Source: a virus (lineage: Duplodnaviria; Caudoviricetes). Taken from it: a stretch of DNA of 41,907 nucleotides. The notes below the pieces were generated by a model. The model saw nothing but the letters and a program-made list of their open reading frames with translations. It was not told where the DNA came from and ran no database searches. The translations under genes and the position numbers were made by a program. The stretch spans positions 1 to 41,907 of the IMG/VR virus record IMGVR_UViG_3300036792_000278; one strand, given 5' to 3'. Below, piece after piece: positions 25,791-35,207 of this stretch (its first letter is position 1; each line of letters starts with the position of its first letter).

Positions 25791-27313
25791 TGTTCAAGCT
25801 CGCATCGCTCTTCGTCCAGATCGACGGCAAGACGGCCGGCTTCAACGCCGCCATTGGGGCTGTGCACGCTCGCCTGACGGCGACGTCGGCCCAGATGGCC
25901 GCGTTCACCTCGCGCGCGGGCAACCTGTTCGCGCTGGGGGCGACGCTCGCCGGCGGGGCGTTTCTGATCAAGGCCGTCAAGGCTGCGTCGGACCTCAATG
26001 AGACACTCTCAAAAGTCGATGTGATCCTCGGCGACGCATCGCCGGCGGTGAAGGCATTCGCCGACGACATGGCCAAGAAGTTCGGCCTGGTCAAGCGGGA
26101 CACGCTTGACGCCGCGGCGGCATTCGGAGGGCTGGGCAAGGGCCTGGGAGGGCTAGCGGGCAAGGAGCTGAGCGACTTCAGTATCAAGTTCACGAAGCTC
26201 TCCGCGGACCTGTCGTCGATGGCCAATATCGACATGAAAGAGGCATCCAAGGCGATCCAGGTCGGTCTCTCGGGCGAGCAGTCGGACACCCTCAAGCAGC
26301 TCGGCGTGACACTCCTGGACACGAAGGTCCAGGCCGAGGCCGCGGCGATGGGCTTCAAGAAGGTCAACAAGGAATTCACCGATGCGCAGAAGGTGGCGGC
26401 GCGGGCGAGCCTGATCATGAAGGGCCTGGCCGATGCCAGCGGCGACCTCGAGCGCACGGCCGACTCGACAGCGAACCAATTCCGCAAGGCGGGCGGCGGC
26501 GTCGAGAACTTCGCCGCGTCACTTGGCCAGGTCCTCTTGCCGATCGTCAACGCCGGTACCACGGCCTTCAACGAGCTGATGGCGTCGGTGCTCGAAACCT
26601 TCGAGTCGAACAAGGCCGGGATCGAGGAATGGGCCGCGTACCTGACGGACGGGATCAACACGGTTTCGATGATCGTCCGCAACTGGCCCGACGTCTGGGA
26701 GATCGCCTCTCTCATGATCCAGGAGAAGATTGCGAATGTGATCGACTGGATTGGCGTGCTCCCCGAGAACCTCGGCATCGTCGCCGGCTATGTCTCCGGC
26801 AACTGGAAAGAGCTGATTCTCGATGCGTTCAACGCCGTCGCCGCGGCCAACGCCAACCTCGCGACGAACTTCCTGAACCTCGGATCGGCGATCGTCAGCT
26901 TCCTCCAGGACCCGACGAAGGGCTTCAAGTTCGAGTGGACGCCGCTCCTGGACGGCTTCGAGGCGACGGCCGCCGCACTCCCCGAGATGGTCAAGCCTCA
27001 CCTGACCAGCCTTCAGGATGAGATCGACAAGGCCAGCCAACGGATCGTCGATCGCGAGACGGCGCGGATCAACTCCATCAAGAAGGCCGCGGCCCCCGCC
27101 AAGCCGGCTGGCAAGAACGCGCAGCCGCAAGCCAAGGAGAAGGAAGAGACGCTCGGCTTTGCCGAGTTCGCGTCCAAGCTGCGAGGGCGGCAAAACGAAG
27201 AGCGTGACAAGAAGCTTGAGGACAACACGGAAGCCCTCAAGGTCAATGGTGACGCGGTCAAGAAGTTGACGGAGGGGATCGCGAAGGGGGCCACAGCCCG
27301 CTTTGCGAGCTGA
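25790..27313 (+). CDS. Tape measure protein (short, 507 aa)
   Basis: LASLFVQIDG start, AVKAASDLNETLSK, LSADLSS, GDLERTADSTANQ; Ala-rich helical. Confidence 0.9.
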   Translation: MFKLASLFVQIDGKTAGFNAAIGAVHARLTATSAQMAAFTSRAGNLFALGATLAGGAFLIKAVKAASDLNETLSKVDVILGDASPAVKAFADDMAKKFGLVKRDTLDAAAAFGGLGKGLGGLAGKELSDFSIKFTKLSADLSSMANIDMKEASKAIQVGLSGEQSDTLKQLGVTLLDTKVQAEAAAMGFKKVNKEFTDAQKVAARASLIMKGLADASGDLERTADSTANQFRKAGGGVENFAASLGQVLLPIVNAGTTAFNELMASVLETFESNKAGIEEWAAYLTDGINTVSMIVRNWPDVWEIASLMIQEKIANVIDWIGVLPENLGIVAGYVSGNWKELILDAFNAVAAANANLATNFLNLGSAIVSFLQDPTKGFKFEWTPLLDGFEATAAALPEMVKPHLTSLQDEIDKASQRIVDRETARINSIKKAAAPAKPAGKNAQPQAKEKEETLGFAEFASKLRGRQNEERDKKLEDNTEALKVNGDAVKKLTEGIAKGATARFAS

Positions 27314-27319
27314 TCTACC

Positions 27320-28198
27320 ATGTCCGCAGACCCCATCGTCACTTACGGCGCGAAGATGCTCGCCGATGGCTACAAGGTCAATGGTGACCTGCAAAGCGGC
27401 TACATCGCGACCGTGCCATATCTGCTGGCCTGGATCAACGCGTTCAACTTCATCGACCTGGTGATGGGCAGCACGGCCAGCACGACGATCGGGGCGGTGA
27501 CTCTGCATATCCCCCATTTGTTCCCCGGGGCCGCGGTGGCGAAGCTCTACGCCAACAGCTTCGACTGCCAGCCGTGCGGGCAAAACGGCCAGAGCCTCCC
27601 CCCCACCTACGGCATGAAGCCGGGTGAGTTTTTTACGCATGCAAAGGTCACGATCACTTATAAGACCCCGCCGTATATCCAGCAGTCCACGGACGACCCC
27701 GGGAACCTGAATCAGCTCGATCCGGCGAACCCGATCACGCTCTGCGAACAGTCGATCAAGCAGAGCGGCAAGATGAGGACCCGCAAGGGGAGCGGTTACA
27801 CGTTCGCCGACAAGTCCGCGGTCATTGGTGATATCGGCGTGCCTGAGCGCGAAGCCAAGCTCGTGCTCAAGTTCCCGAGAATCCCCTATATCCCGTGGCA
27901 ACTTCAGCAACCGTTTATCGGCAAGGTGAACAAGTTCACGATGCTGCTCTGTGCTCCCGGAACCCTGCTATTCGAGGGCGGCGACACGCAATTCACCGAG
28001 ACGACGCAGGGCTTGCAGGGCCAGCAGTGGGTTGCGGAGCTGGCCTATGACCCCAACGGGTGGAACAAGCTTCCGCGGCCCGATACCGGCGCGTATGACG
28101 ACGTGTACCAGAAGGGACACCTCGGCGACCCGGACTTCCAAATCTTCGGCCGCATCGATCTCCGGGCTCTCTTCCTCACCGTGACGATCGGCCCGTAA
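27320..28198 (+). CDS. Putative distal tail/hub protein
   Basis: First gene after TMP; PGTLLFEG...YDPNGWN. Confidence 0.6.
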   Translation: MSADPIVTYGAKMLADGYKVNGDLQSGYIATVPYLLAWINAFNFIDLVMGSTASTTIGAVTLHIPHLFPGAAVAKLYANSFDCQPCGQNGQSLPPTYGMKPGEFFTHAKVTITYKTPPYIQQSTDDPGNLNQLDPANPITLCEQSIKQSGKMRTRKGSGYTFADKSAVIGDIGVPEREAKLVLKFPRIPYIPWQLQQPFIGKVNKFTMLLCAPGTLLFEGGDTQFTETTQGLQGQQWVAELAYDPNGWNKLPRPDTGAYDDVYQKGHLGDPDFQIFGRIDLRALFLTVTIGP

Positions 28199-28201
28199 CC
28201 C

Positions 28202-29200
28202 ATGCCGTTCGACTTCCGCGACGTCAAGCCCGGCGACCCGGTTCGCGCGTCCGAGTGGAACGACCTGGGCCACGCGGTGCGCGACAACATGCGCATCAGT
28301 GGAGGCCCGGGCGTCTATGCCCGGAACGGCGGCAACGGGCTGGAGATCTCCGTCTCGCAGCCCGACGAGATGGACTTTCAGATCACGGGCGGCCCCGATT
28401 CAAACGGCGGCTACGATTGGGTGCTCGTCACCCATAGCTCCGCCGGCGATGGGACCTGGGTGCAAACCGCGATTACCGGCGGCTCGGACACCGGCGACCC
28501 GGTCTACCCCCGCCAGCACGGCCTGCCGAAGCCCACGGGCCGCGTCCTCGTGCTCATCCCGCCGCTCAGCCGCTCCGGCAATTACCTGACCATCGGCCAG
28601 GCCTGGCTGAGCGTAGGCCTCGGCAACCATCTACCCGCCGGCGACACGGTTTATCACGCGGTGCGCGCCGACGGTGACAGCCAGTGGATGTTTGACGCGC
28701 TGGCCCCAGAGCTGTCCACGACGTCCGACGCGTTCGTCTATGTCTGCTGTCACAGCAGCTCGAGCAGCTCATCGACGTCGCAGCACGAGTGCAAAGAAGC
28801 GTGCTCACACTGCACCACAAAGGGCGGCTGTGTGATGCACTTCGACGTGAACGTGTGCCAGTGGGATTACACGTCCCCTGAGCCGTCGTGCGTCGAGATG
28901 TCGGGGTTCTACTCGCTCTTCCACCAGTCGGGTTGCACGTGGGTCGCGACGACGGCCATCGCCGCGGGCTGCAACGTGCTCCCGGCCGGGACGCCGTTCT
29001 CAGGCGTAACGGCGACCCTCAGCTATGCCGGCGGCTGGCAACTCGTCGTGATGGACGCGGCGGGGCACTCCGTCACGTTCATTCCGGGGTCGTTCAACTG
29101 CGACAGCCCCGCCGGTGCGGACCTGGTTTACGGCGGCGATACGCTCTGCTTCAAGACCTTTCCCCCATTGGCCGGCGCGACATTCGAGGGCGTGGGATGA
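28202..29200 (+). CDS. Putative tail-tip protein with poly-Ser linker and Cys-rich C-terminal domain
   Basis: PGDPVRASEWNDL N-terminus; CCHSSSSSSSTSQHEC and about a dozen Cys in the C-terminal half. Confidence 0.65.
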   Translation: MPFDFRDVKPGDPVRASEWNDLGHAVRDNMRISGGPGVYARNGGNGLEISVSQPDEMDFQITGGPDSNGGYDWVLVTHSSAGDGTWVQTAITGGSDTGDPVYPRQHGLPKPTGRVLVLIPPLSRSGNYLTIGQAWLSVGLGNHLPAGDTVYHAVRADGDSQWMFDALAPELSTTSDAFVYVCCHSSSSSSSTSQHECKEACSHCTTKGGCVMHFDVNVCQWDYTSPEPSCVEMSGFYSLFHQSGCTWVATTAIAAGCNVLPAGTPFSGVTATLSYAGGWQLVVMDAAGHSVTFIPGSFNCDSPAGADLVYGGDTLCFKTFPPLAGATFEGVG

Positions 29201-30366
29201 TCGAACACGTTTGCACGTGCGCCCGAGACGGCGAGTGCCCGGTATTCCGTCGCGGAATGTACGGCACCATGCGGAGCGTTTGCCAGGGCGGCCCGGAGGT
29301 GATCCCGGAGCTCCGGCAGATTCACCTTCAACGGTGGTTCGACGAGATCCCACTCCAGCCCGGCGCGAACGGCTCGGCGGGCGATCGCGCAGCCGCCGGC
29401 GCACGCCGAGCCGGTGTGCCGTGCGTCCACCTCGGCCCCGCGACCGGGGAACTCCGCGACTGCGCGAGCTGCCAGGGCAACGTGCGGTCGAAGCTCTTCG
29501 CGTGCGCAGTCCACGGCGATTGCACGCTGAAGGATTGCCAGCCCGGCCGTTGCCGCGATTACTTACCCCTTCCTGACGACCTGGGCGGCCTCGGACCGGG
29601 AGCCCACTCGCTCGATCACTACGCGCTCACTTTCCCCAAGGGTGCGCGGCCCGCGCTCTACACGGGCGATGGTCGCACCGAACGCACCTGGGAAAACCTC
29701 TACGAAGGGGAGACGTTCTTCTTTTTGGGCGGCGGCCCGTCGCTCCTGGAGGTCGACCTGGCCCAGCTTGAGGGCCGACGGGCGATCGCGGTCAATTCGG
29801 TGTGCGAGCTCTTCCCGCAGCCCACGGTCTGGATCGGCGTCGATCCCCCCGACGATCCGCCGGACCGCTACCGCGCCGTGCCGTGGGCCGATCCCCACGT
29901 CCTCAAGCTCCTACCCCGGAGCTGGGCCGGGGCCGACACGGGCGGCATGCCAGCGTACGAGCGGCCGCACACGCGGTTCTTCCTGAGAAACCACCGCTGG
30001 GCCCCCTGGCAATTCCTGACGGAGCGGACGGTCAACTGGGGGGCCGACAAGCCCTATGGAGCCGGCCGGTCCGTCATGCTGGCCGCGATCCGGCTGGCCT
30101 ACCACCTCGGCGCACGCCGGATCGTGCTCCTGGGCGCGGACTTCCACATGGACCCGGAGCGGCCCTATTGCCACTCCGCTCCGAAGGACGAACGCGGCTG
30201 CAACAGCAATAACTCGAAGTTCGGGATCCTCGAGCGCAGGCTCCGCCAGCTCCGGCCCTACCTCGAGCGCGCCGGCTTGGCGGTCGTCAACGCGACGGTC
30301 GGTTCCCGACTCGAGGCCTTCGACCGCACGACGCTTGAATCGGAGCTCGCTCGATGCTCTTCGTAA
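29197..30366 (+). CDS. Cys-rich domain fused to a DUF115/Maf-like (GT42-related) glycosyltransferase domain
   Basis: ATGA coupling; CTC..CP..CVH..CASC..CAVHGDC..C..C; FFLGGGPSL, IAVN, SVMLAAIRLAYHLGARRIVLLGADF. Confidence 0.7.
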   Translation: MIEHVCTCARDGECPVFRRGMYGTMRSVCQGGPEVIPELRQIHLQRWFDEIPLQPGANGSAGDRAAAGARRAGVPCVHLGPATGELRDCASCQGNVRSKLFACAVHGDCTLKDCQPGRCRDYLPLPDDLGGLGPGAHSLDHYALTFPKGARPALYTGDGRTERTWENLYEGETFFFLGGGPSLLEVDLAQLEGRRAIAVNSVCELFPQPTVWIGVDPPDDPPDRYRAVPWADPHVLKLLPRSWAGADTGGMPAYERPHTRFFLRNHRWAPWQFLTERTVNWGADKPYGAGRSVMLAAIRLAYHLGARRIVLLGADFHMDPERPYCHSAPKDERGCNSNNSKFGILERRLRQLRPYLERAGLAVVNATVGSRLEAFDRTTLESELARCSS

Positions 30367-31937
30367 TCACCCCCACCGACGGCAGGCCCGAAGCGTTTCA
30401 CCACCTCGAGCGCTGGGTTGGTGCGCAAGATTGGCCGGACGGCTTTCGCTGGGTTGTGAGCGGTGGCGACCTGGCCGGGTATAACCCCCGGCTCGGCCAG
30501 GTCGTCGTCCGCCGCGGTGAGAAGCACGCCGGCCTTCACGCGCTCTGCCGCAACCTGCTCGCCGCGCTCGAGCTGGTGGAAGGAGAGGCCCGGGACGGCG
30601 ACTCGATCCTCATCTGCGAGGATGACGACTATTACGCTCCCAGCTACTTCTCGCGCATGGCCCAACTGCTCGATCGCGGCGCAGATCTGGCCGGCGAAGG
30701 TGAGGCACGGTACTACAACGTCCAGACCAAGCGGTATCGCCAGCTCCGCAATCGGGACCGCGCGTCGCTCGCTCAGACGGCCTTCCGCCCGACACAGATT
30801 CCGAAGCTCCGCGAAATCTGCCTCAGGGGCACGCCCTTCGTCGATCTGGCGCTCTGGCGGGAGCATAAGGGCATCTCGATCGTCACGCCGAACGAGGGCC
30901 TACAAGTCAGCCTGAAGGGGCTTCCCGGAACGCCGGGCGTCGGCATGGGACACCGCGACGACTTCGGCGAGCCCGACCCCACGGGCAAGGTCTTCTCGGC
31001 CTGGGGGATCCCCGAGTGTTACCGGGCATATGCCCCGACAAGCCTCTACCCCACCGCGGACGCGTTCCTGGCCCCGCTACGGGCCGGTGGCACCTCGAGG
31101 CCTCGAGCCTGGGAGGGAGTGCTCGCAAAGCGGCCCTGGGAGTACCGCGTAACGGCGGGGATCGTCCACCTCGACACTCCGGAGCTGCTGGCCCAGGTGA
31201 TCGAGACGCTCCGGGCTCAGACGGAGCGGCCCTACATCGTCGTGGTCGACGCGGGGAGCCTGGCCGCGCACCGGCCCGCCCTAGAGAAGATCGAGCTGGA
31301 CTCCGACGACGTGGAGATCCACTACCTCCGACCGCGGGCCTGGCGCTTCAGCAGCGAGCCGGTTGCGGTCGCGATGGATCTGATCTTCGCGCGGGCGGAG
31401 ACGGAATACGTCTATTCGACGCATACCGACGTGTTCTTGAAGCGACGCGATTACCTGGCGGACCTGGTGGCGAAGTGCGACGCCCAGACGCCGGCCGTCG
31501 GGTACCAGATGTCACCGCGGAAGTGGGCCCAGGATCGTTGGAAGCGAATCGTCTCGCACACGGCGACGATGTACCACTTGCCGACGGCACGGCGGATCGG
31601 CCTCACCTGGAACCTTCACCGCGCAATCGAAATCCTTGGCATCCGCCAGCCTAACAACGGCTGGCCGGACACCGAGGTTACGCCGTCGCTCTGCTACGAG
31701 GCCGCGGGGATCGGCGTGCGGGGCTTCTTCGACCCGCCCGGGGAAAAGCCGTCGATCTTGCTCTTGGGGCCAGAGAAAAACGAGCCTTACGAGACGCCGG
31801 ATCTCGAGCACGTGCGGTCCACGACGGTCAACGCGCTCTACAACGCCAGGGCCGCTGGCCAGCGGTCGAAGCTGCTTGCCGACGCGGTGGCCAGATCGAA
31901 GCAGCGCGTCGCCGAGTGGAAGGCCGCGGCTCAGTAG
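30354..31937 (+). CDS. Tandem GT-A (GT2-like) glycosyltransferase
   Basis: VITPTDGRPE...ICEDDDYY; second domain LRAQT..YIVVVDAGS...YVYSTHTDVF. Confidence 0.8.
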   Translation: MLFVITPTDGRPEAFHHLERWVGAQDWPDGFRWVVSGGDLAGYNPRLGQVVVRRGEKHAGLHALCRNLLAALELVEGEARDGDSILICEDDDYYAPSYFSRMAQLLDRGADLAGEGEARYYNVQTKRYRQLRNRDRASLAQTAFRPTQIPKLREICLRGTPFVDLALWREHKGISIVTPNEGLQVSLKGLPGTPGVGMGHRDDFGEPDPTGKVFSAWGIPECYRAYAPTSLYPTADAFLAPLRAGGTSRPRAWEGVLAKRPWEYRVTAGIVHLDTPELLAQVIETLRAQTERPYIVVVDAGSLAAHRPALEKIELDSDDVEIHYLRPRAWRFSSEPVAVAMDLIFARAETEYVYSTHTDVFLKRRDYLADLVAKCDAQTPAVGYQMSPRKWAQDRWKRIVSHTATMYHLPTARRIGLTWNLHRAIEILGIRQPNNGWPDTEVTPSLCYEAAGIGVRGFFDPPGEKPSILLLGPEKNEPYETPDLEHVRSTTVNALYNARAAGQRSKLLADAVARSKQRVAEWKAAAQ

Positions 31938-32176
31938 ATCGGCTTCGTGATCTCTTCCCCATCTCGGCCGCGGAGCCGGATCGGCGGCGGGGCCTTGCGA
32001 TCGGCCTCCCGGAGCGCCTTGCACTTCGGGCAAGTCTCGGGATCGTGGACGTGGGAAGAGACCGGCTGAACGGTCGTGAGGAATCCCACGGTGCCGAAGT
32101 AGATGACCGCGAAGACAGCGGCCAGGATCCCCAGCCATTGCGCCAAGCCGATGAGGTCTCTTCGTCGATTCGTCAT
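31931..32176 (-). CDS. Small membrane protein with HxH/CxxC
   Basis: One TM helix then HVHDPETCPKC. Confidence 0.55.
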   Translation of the reverse strand: MTNRRRDLIGLAQWLGILAAVFAVIYFGTVGFLTTVQPVSSHVHDPETCPKCKALREADRKAPPPIRLRGRDGEEITKPIY

Positions 32177-32238
32177 TTTTGGCCTTTGACGTTGTGGAGA
32201 TGGGAAACTTAGGCTGAAATCAACGAGGTGATCACCGA

Positions 32239-32273
32239 TCCCCGGCCGGAAGGATCCATGGCCGGGGGTTTTT
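32239..32273 (+). terminator. Rho-independent terminator at the end of the late region
   Basis: CCCCGGCC-12 nt-GGCCGGGG followed by GTTTTT. Confidence 0.65.
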
Positions 32274-32285
32274 ATGCGCGGCGGT

Positions 32286-32564
32286 TCAGCTCGGGTCACG
32301 TTTGGGGCCGAAGCGAAGCTCGCGGTTGATCTCCCTGGACTCGCGCTCGAGGGCGGCCAAGGCGCGGTCCCCATAGCCGTCGACCCAGAAATCCCCGACG
32401 AGATAGAGCAGCTCGCTGAGCTGCGGGTGTCCCAGCCGACGGCTCTCCTCCGCGGTCAGCGCGAGGCTCTGGGCCAGGTGTCGGCGCTTCCCCGTTTCCT
32501 CGCGGTTGCGGTACCAGGCCGCGGCCCGGCGAAAGATCGCGACCATGATCAGTCTCCCGAACAT
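32286..32564 (-). CDS. Hypothetical protein
   Basis: ORF packed in leftward cluster. Confidence 0.5.
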   Translation of the reverse strand: MFGRLIMVAIFRRAAAWYRNREETGKRRHLAQSLALTAEESRRLGHPQLSELLYLVGDFWVDGYGDRALAALERESREINRELRFGPKRDPS

Positions 32565-32569
32565 GATAG

Positions 32570-32761
32570 TTACACGTGTCCATCAAGGCTTTTGAGCGCA
32601 GCTCGGAAATTTGGGAGCAGGACCGTTCCCATAATCATGCCCGCCAGGAAGTAGCGGGTTTGCTCGTCCATCTCGTGAACTGCCCTCACGACGTCTATCG
32701 CTCTGAAGACAGCGTCTTCCACCGTTTTGAACGCAGCCACTTGCTCGGGTTCCCAGGGCAT
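32570..32761 (-). CDS. Hypothetical protein
   Basis: Start MPWEPEQ with AGGAG RBS. Confidence 0.55.
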   Translation of the reverse strand: MPWEPEQVAAFKTVEDAVFRAIDVVRAVHEMDEQTRYFLAGMIMGTVLLPNFRAALKSLDGHV

Positions 32762-32792
32762 CAGCAGTCTCCTTTCGGGAGCACTTCGCTTT

Positions 32793-33068
32793 TCACTGCA
32801 CACCTCCTGGATCGTTCCAGGCCGGGGGGATCGGGGTGGTGTAAGCCGCCCGCACGTCTTCGCGGTATGGCGGCACGTCCAGCCGGCGAAGGGCGATGGT
32901 CAGCTCCGGGGTCGCCTCGACAACCCAGCCCCGCCACGCGAGCGGGCCCGTTTTGAGCAGCCACCAGGCGACCCCGAAGACGCCCGGGGCCTCCTCTGCC
33001 GTGCCGAGGGGCCGGTCGAGAAGCCAGCCGTCGAGCACCTCACCCATCGTGGGCCACGGCACGGTCAA
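32793..33068 (-). CDS. Hypothetical protein
   Basis: TTGA coupling to the upstream gene, AAGGAG RBS. Confidence 0.45.
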   Translation of the reverse strand: MTVPWPTMGEVLDGWLLDRPLGTAEEAPGVFGVAWWLLKTGPLAWRGWVVEATPELTIALRRLDVPPYREDVRAAYTTPIPPAWNDPGGVQ

Positions 33069-33376
33069 GCTCCTTCCCCAAGTCCCTGGATCATCTTTTC
33101 CGCGCGATTGAGGAGGTTTCGCGTCGCGACCGACTGCGCGGCCAGGAGCGCTTGCTCGCGGTCGATGAACTCGCAGTGACCACGGATTTGCCGGATGATG
33201 TCGTACGCGAGATCGAGTTGTAGCCGCGTAGGGGCGGCGGCATTCAAGGTTGGGTTCCGCGTAGCGGCGACGAACCAATTGGCCGCGGTCTCCATTTGGA
33301 GCGCATCCGCGACCATGCGATGTGCGATGATTTCCATCTCTTTGAACAGGCTCTTGACATCTTCAACCGTTTCCAC
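33065..33376 (-). CDS. Hypothetical helical protein
   Basis: GTG start with AAGGAG RBS. Confidence 0.55.
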   Translation of the reverse strand: METVEDVKSLFKEMEIIAHRMVADALQMETAANWFVAATRNPTLNAAAPTRLQLDLAYDIIRQIRGHCEFIDREQALLAAQSVATRNLLNRAEKMIQGLGEGA

Positions 33377-33377
33377 A

Positions 33378-33587
33378 TCAGGCTCCTTCGCTGAGGGTCT
33401 TGAGGTACGGCCGACACTCCGGCTTGAGCAAAAGCCCGGCAAGCAGGCCAGCGACGTATTCGCCCTGCGCAGGGCACATCCCGTGGAAGGCCGCGCTGTT
33501 CATCAGCTCCGCCGTCGTCGCGAGCCGGATCGCCGCCAGGGCCTCGGCGACGCGTCGCTTGCGGTCGAGGGACTCCTGGTAGGTCAA
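33378..33587 (-). CDS. Hypothetical protein
   Basis: TTGA coupling to the MTase stop, AAGGAG RBS. Confidence 0.5.
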   Translation of the reverse strand: MTYQESLDRKRRVAEALAAIRLATTAELMNSAAFHGMCPAQGEYVAGLLAGLLLKPECRPYLKTLSEGA

Positions 33588-34543
33588 AGCCTTGCTCCTT
33601 TCTTGGCCTTGCGCCGGGGCGTTCGGCCGGCCGGCGCGGGGACGGCCTCGGCCTTGGCGACGATCGCCCGGAGGATCGCCCGGCCGACGTAGATCGGGAT
33701 TGCCTGGGCACACATCTTCCAGGAGCGAGAGATCCCTGCCGCGAAGAGGTAGTCTTCGGGGAAACCCTGTAGCGCGGCGGCTTCCTCGAAGCCGAGCCGC
33801 CGGATGCGGCCGTCCGGGAGCGAGATGAACGCAGCGCGGCAATGCCGCGAGCCCCAATCGAGCACGGTGTGACCGGGCTTGTCGGGGTCCCAGATCCGGA
33901 CCTTTCCGGACCCGTAATACTGTCGCGAGCAATGCGTCAGGTCCTCCATCCCCCCGACGGTCAGGTAAGGACCTGGCCTGAGGATGTCGCGCAGGACGCG
34001 AGGACCTGGCTCGGGTTCGGCCGGCCGAGGGAACCGGCCGAGGAAGGTGCGGACCCGCCGTTGCGGTCCATAGGTCGAGGCCTGGACGCGCCGTTTGGGG
34101 ATCGCCATCCCCAACTCGAGCTCGCTGGGCAAGTGCCGCTCGATCCCGATCACGTCCTCGATCGACCAAAACCGGGGGTCGAGGTCCCGGACCAGGCTGA
34201 GGATGGAATCGATCAGCCGATGCCAGTCGGCCATGACCTGCTTCGCGGCCGGCCGATTCCTCCGAGCGGCACTGACTTGCTCGCAGGGGATGCCCCCGAC
34301 GATCAGGTCGATCCCCCCTCCCAGCGGATTGAGACAGACCTCCCGAACGGCCTCAATGCCCTCCGGGCTCGAGAGGTCAACGCGGAGCCGCTGGCAGCTC
34401 GGGTGCGCCGCCGCGTGGTTTACGCGCCACGTTTCGAGACAATCCTCCGCCAGGTCCGCGACGGCCACCCACTCGATGGGGAGCCCCCGGGCCGCGAGGG
34501 CCCAGCCGCCACCGCCGCAACAAAGGTCGATGGCGCGGATCAC
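33584..34543 (-). CDS. dcm: C5 cytosine DNA methyltransferase with divergent motifs
   Basis: DLCCGGGG (I), GGIPCEQ (IV), IEDV (VI), QRRVR (VIII), LQGFP (IX), AQAIP (X). Confidence 0.85.
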   Translation of the reverse strand: MIRAIDLCCGGGGWALAARGLPIEWVAVADLAEDCLETWRVNHAAAHPSCQRLRVDLSSPEGIEAVREVCLNPLGGGIDLIVGGIPCEQVSAARRNRPAAKQVMADWHRLIDSILSLVRDLDPRFWSIEDVIGIERHLPSELELGMAIPKRRVQASTYGPQRRVRTFLGRFPRPAEPEPGPRVLRDILRPGPYLTVGGMEDLTHCSRQYYGSGKVRIWDPDKPGHTVLDWGSRHCRAAFISLPDGRIRRLGFEEAAALQGFPEDYLFAAGISRSWKMCAQAIPIYVGRAILRAIVAKAEAVPAPAGRTPRRKAKKGARL

Positions 34544-34743
34544 GAGCCACCCCCTTCCCCGCGGCCCAGCACGGCCCAGGAGCGATCGGGAGCGCCCGCG
34601 TCGAAGGTCGGGGCCTCAGCGCAGACGGCCGCGTAGGCGGTCCGCTGAAGCCCGTTGCCGATGGCAGCCGAAAGAGGTTGGCAGGGGCCGGCCGACGGAT
34701 CGACCGGCTGAGGGTGGGCAGGCTGCGAGGTAGGAGGTGAGCT

Positions 34744-35052
34744 GTGGCTAGGAGAGTCCGACAGTCCGACGCGGAGACGCTCGAACCCGCAGACGAGCTC
34801 CGAGAGTCCGAGGGGCAGGTCGATGGCGGAGAGGGAAAGGTCCGGCTCCGCCGTCAGGCGGTCCAGGTGACTCTCTCGGCGGAGGTAGCGTGGCGGCTCC
34901 GGACGATCGCGACGATGGAACGCAAGGCACCCGGGGAGATCGTGGAGCCTCTGATCGCGGCCCACGTCAAGAGCATCCGACTGCCCTGGGACCGTTACAA
35001 GCGGAGCACCGGCGCGGCTGGAGATTCCCAGACTCCGGTATCGGCAAACTAG
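34744..35052 (+). CDS. Putative ribbon-helix-helix regulator
   Basis: AGGAGGTGA RBS; VQVTLSAEVAWRLRTIATMERKAPGEIVEPLI. Confidence 0.6.
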   Translation: MARRVRQSDAETLEPADELRESEGQVDGGEGKVRLRRQAVQVTLSAEVAWRLRTIATMERKAPGEIVEPLIAAHVKSIRLPWDRYKRSTGAAGDSQTPVSAN

Positions 35053-35207
35053 ATAAGCCCGGTAAATGAATCGGTTGAAGGTTTTCCGATTCCGTAGAGT
35101 CTGACCTCTTCTGAGGAAAAATCCGCCCAACCCCAACCCGGGGCAGGGGAGGAGGTGGTTTCCCCGCCGTCCTCCCCCCCTGCTCCCGAGCTGTGGACCC
35201 ACGCGGT

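Noticed and set aside
25000-27910. 592-aa and 463-aa minus-strand ORFs
   Set aside because: Antisense to the tail chaperone, tape measure and hub genes; stop-codon scarcity explains their length
28888-29196. Upstream extension of the 492-aa ORF
   Set aside because: Overlaps the 28202..29200 gene; ATGA coupling indicates a start at 29197
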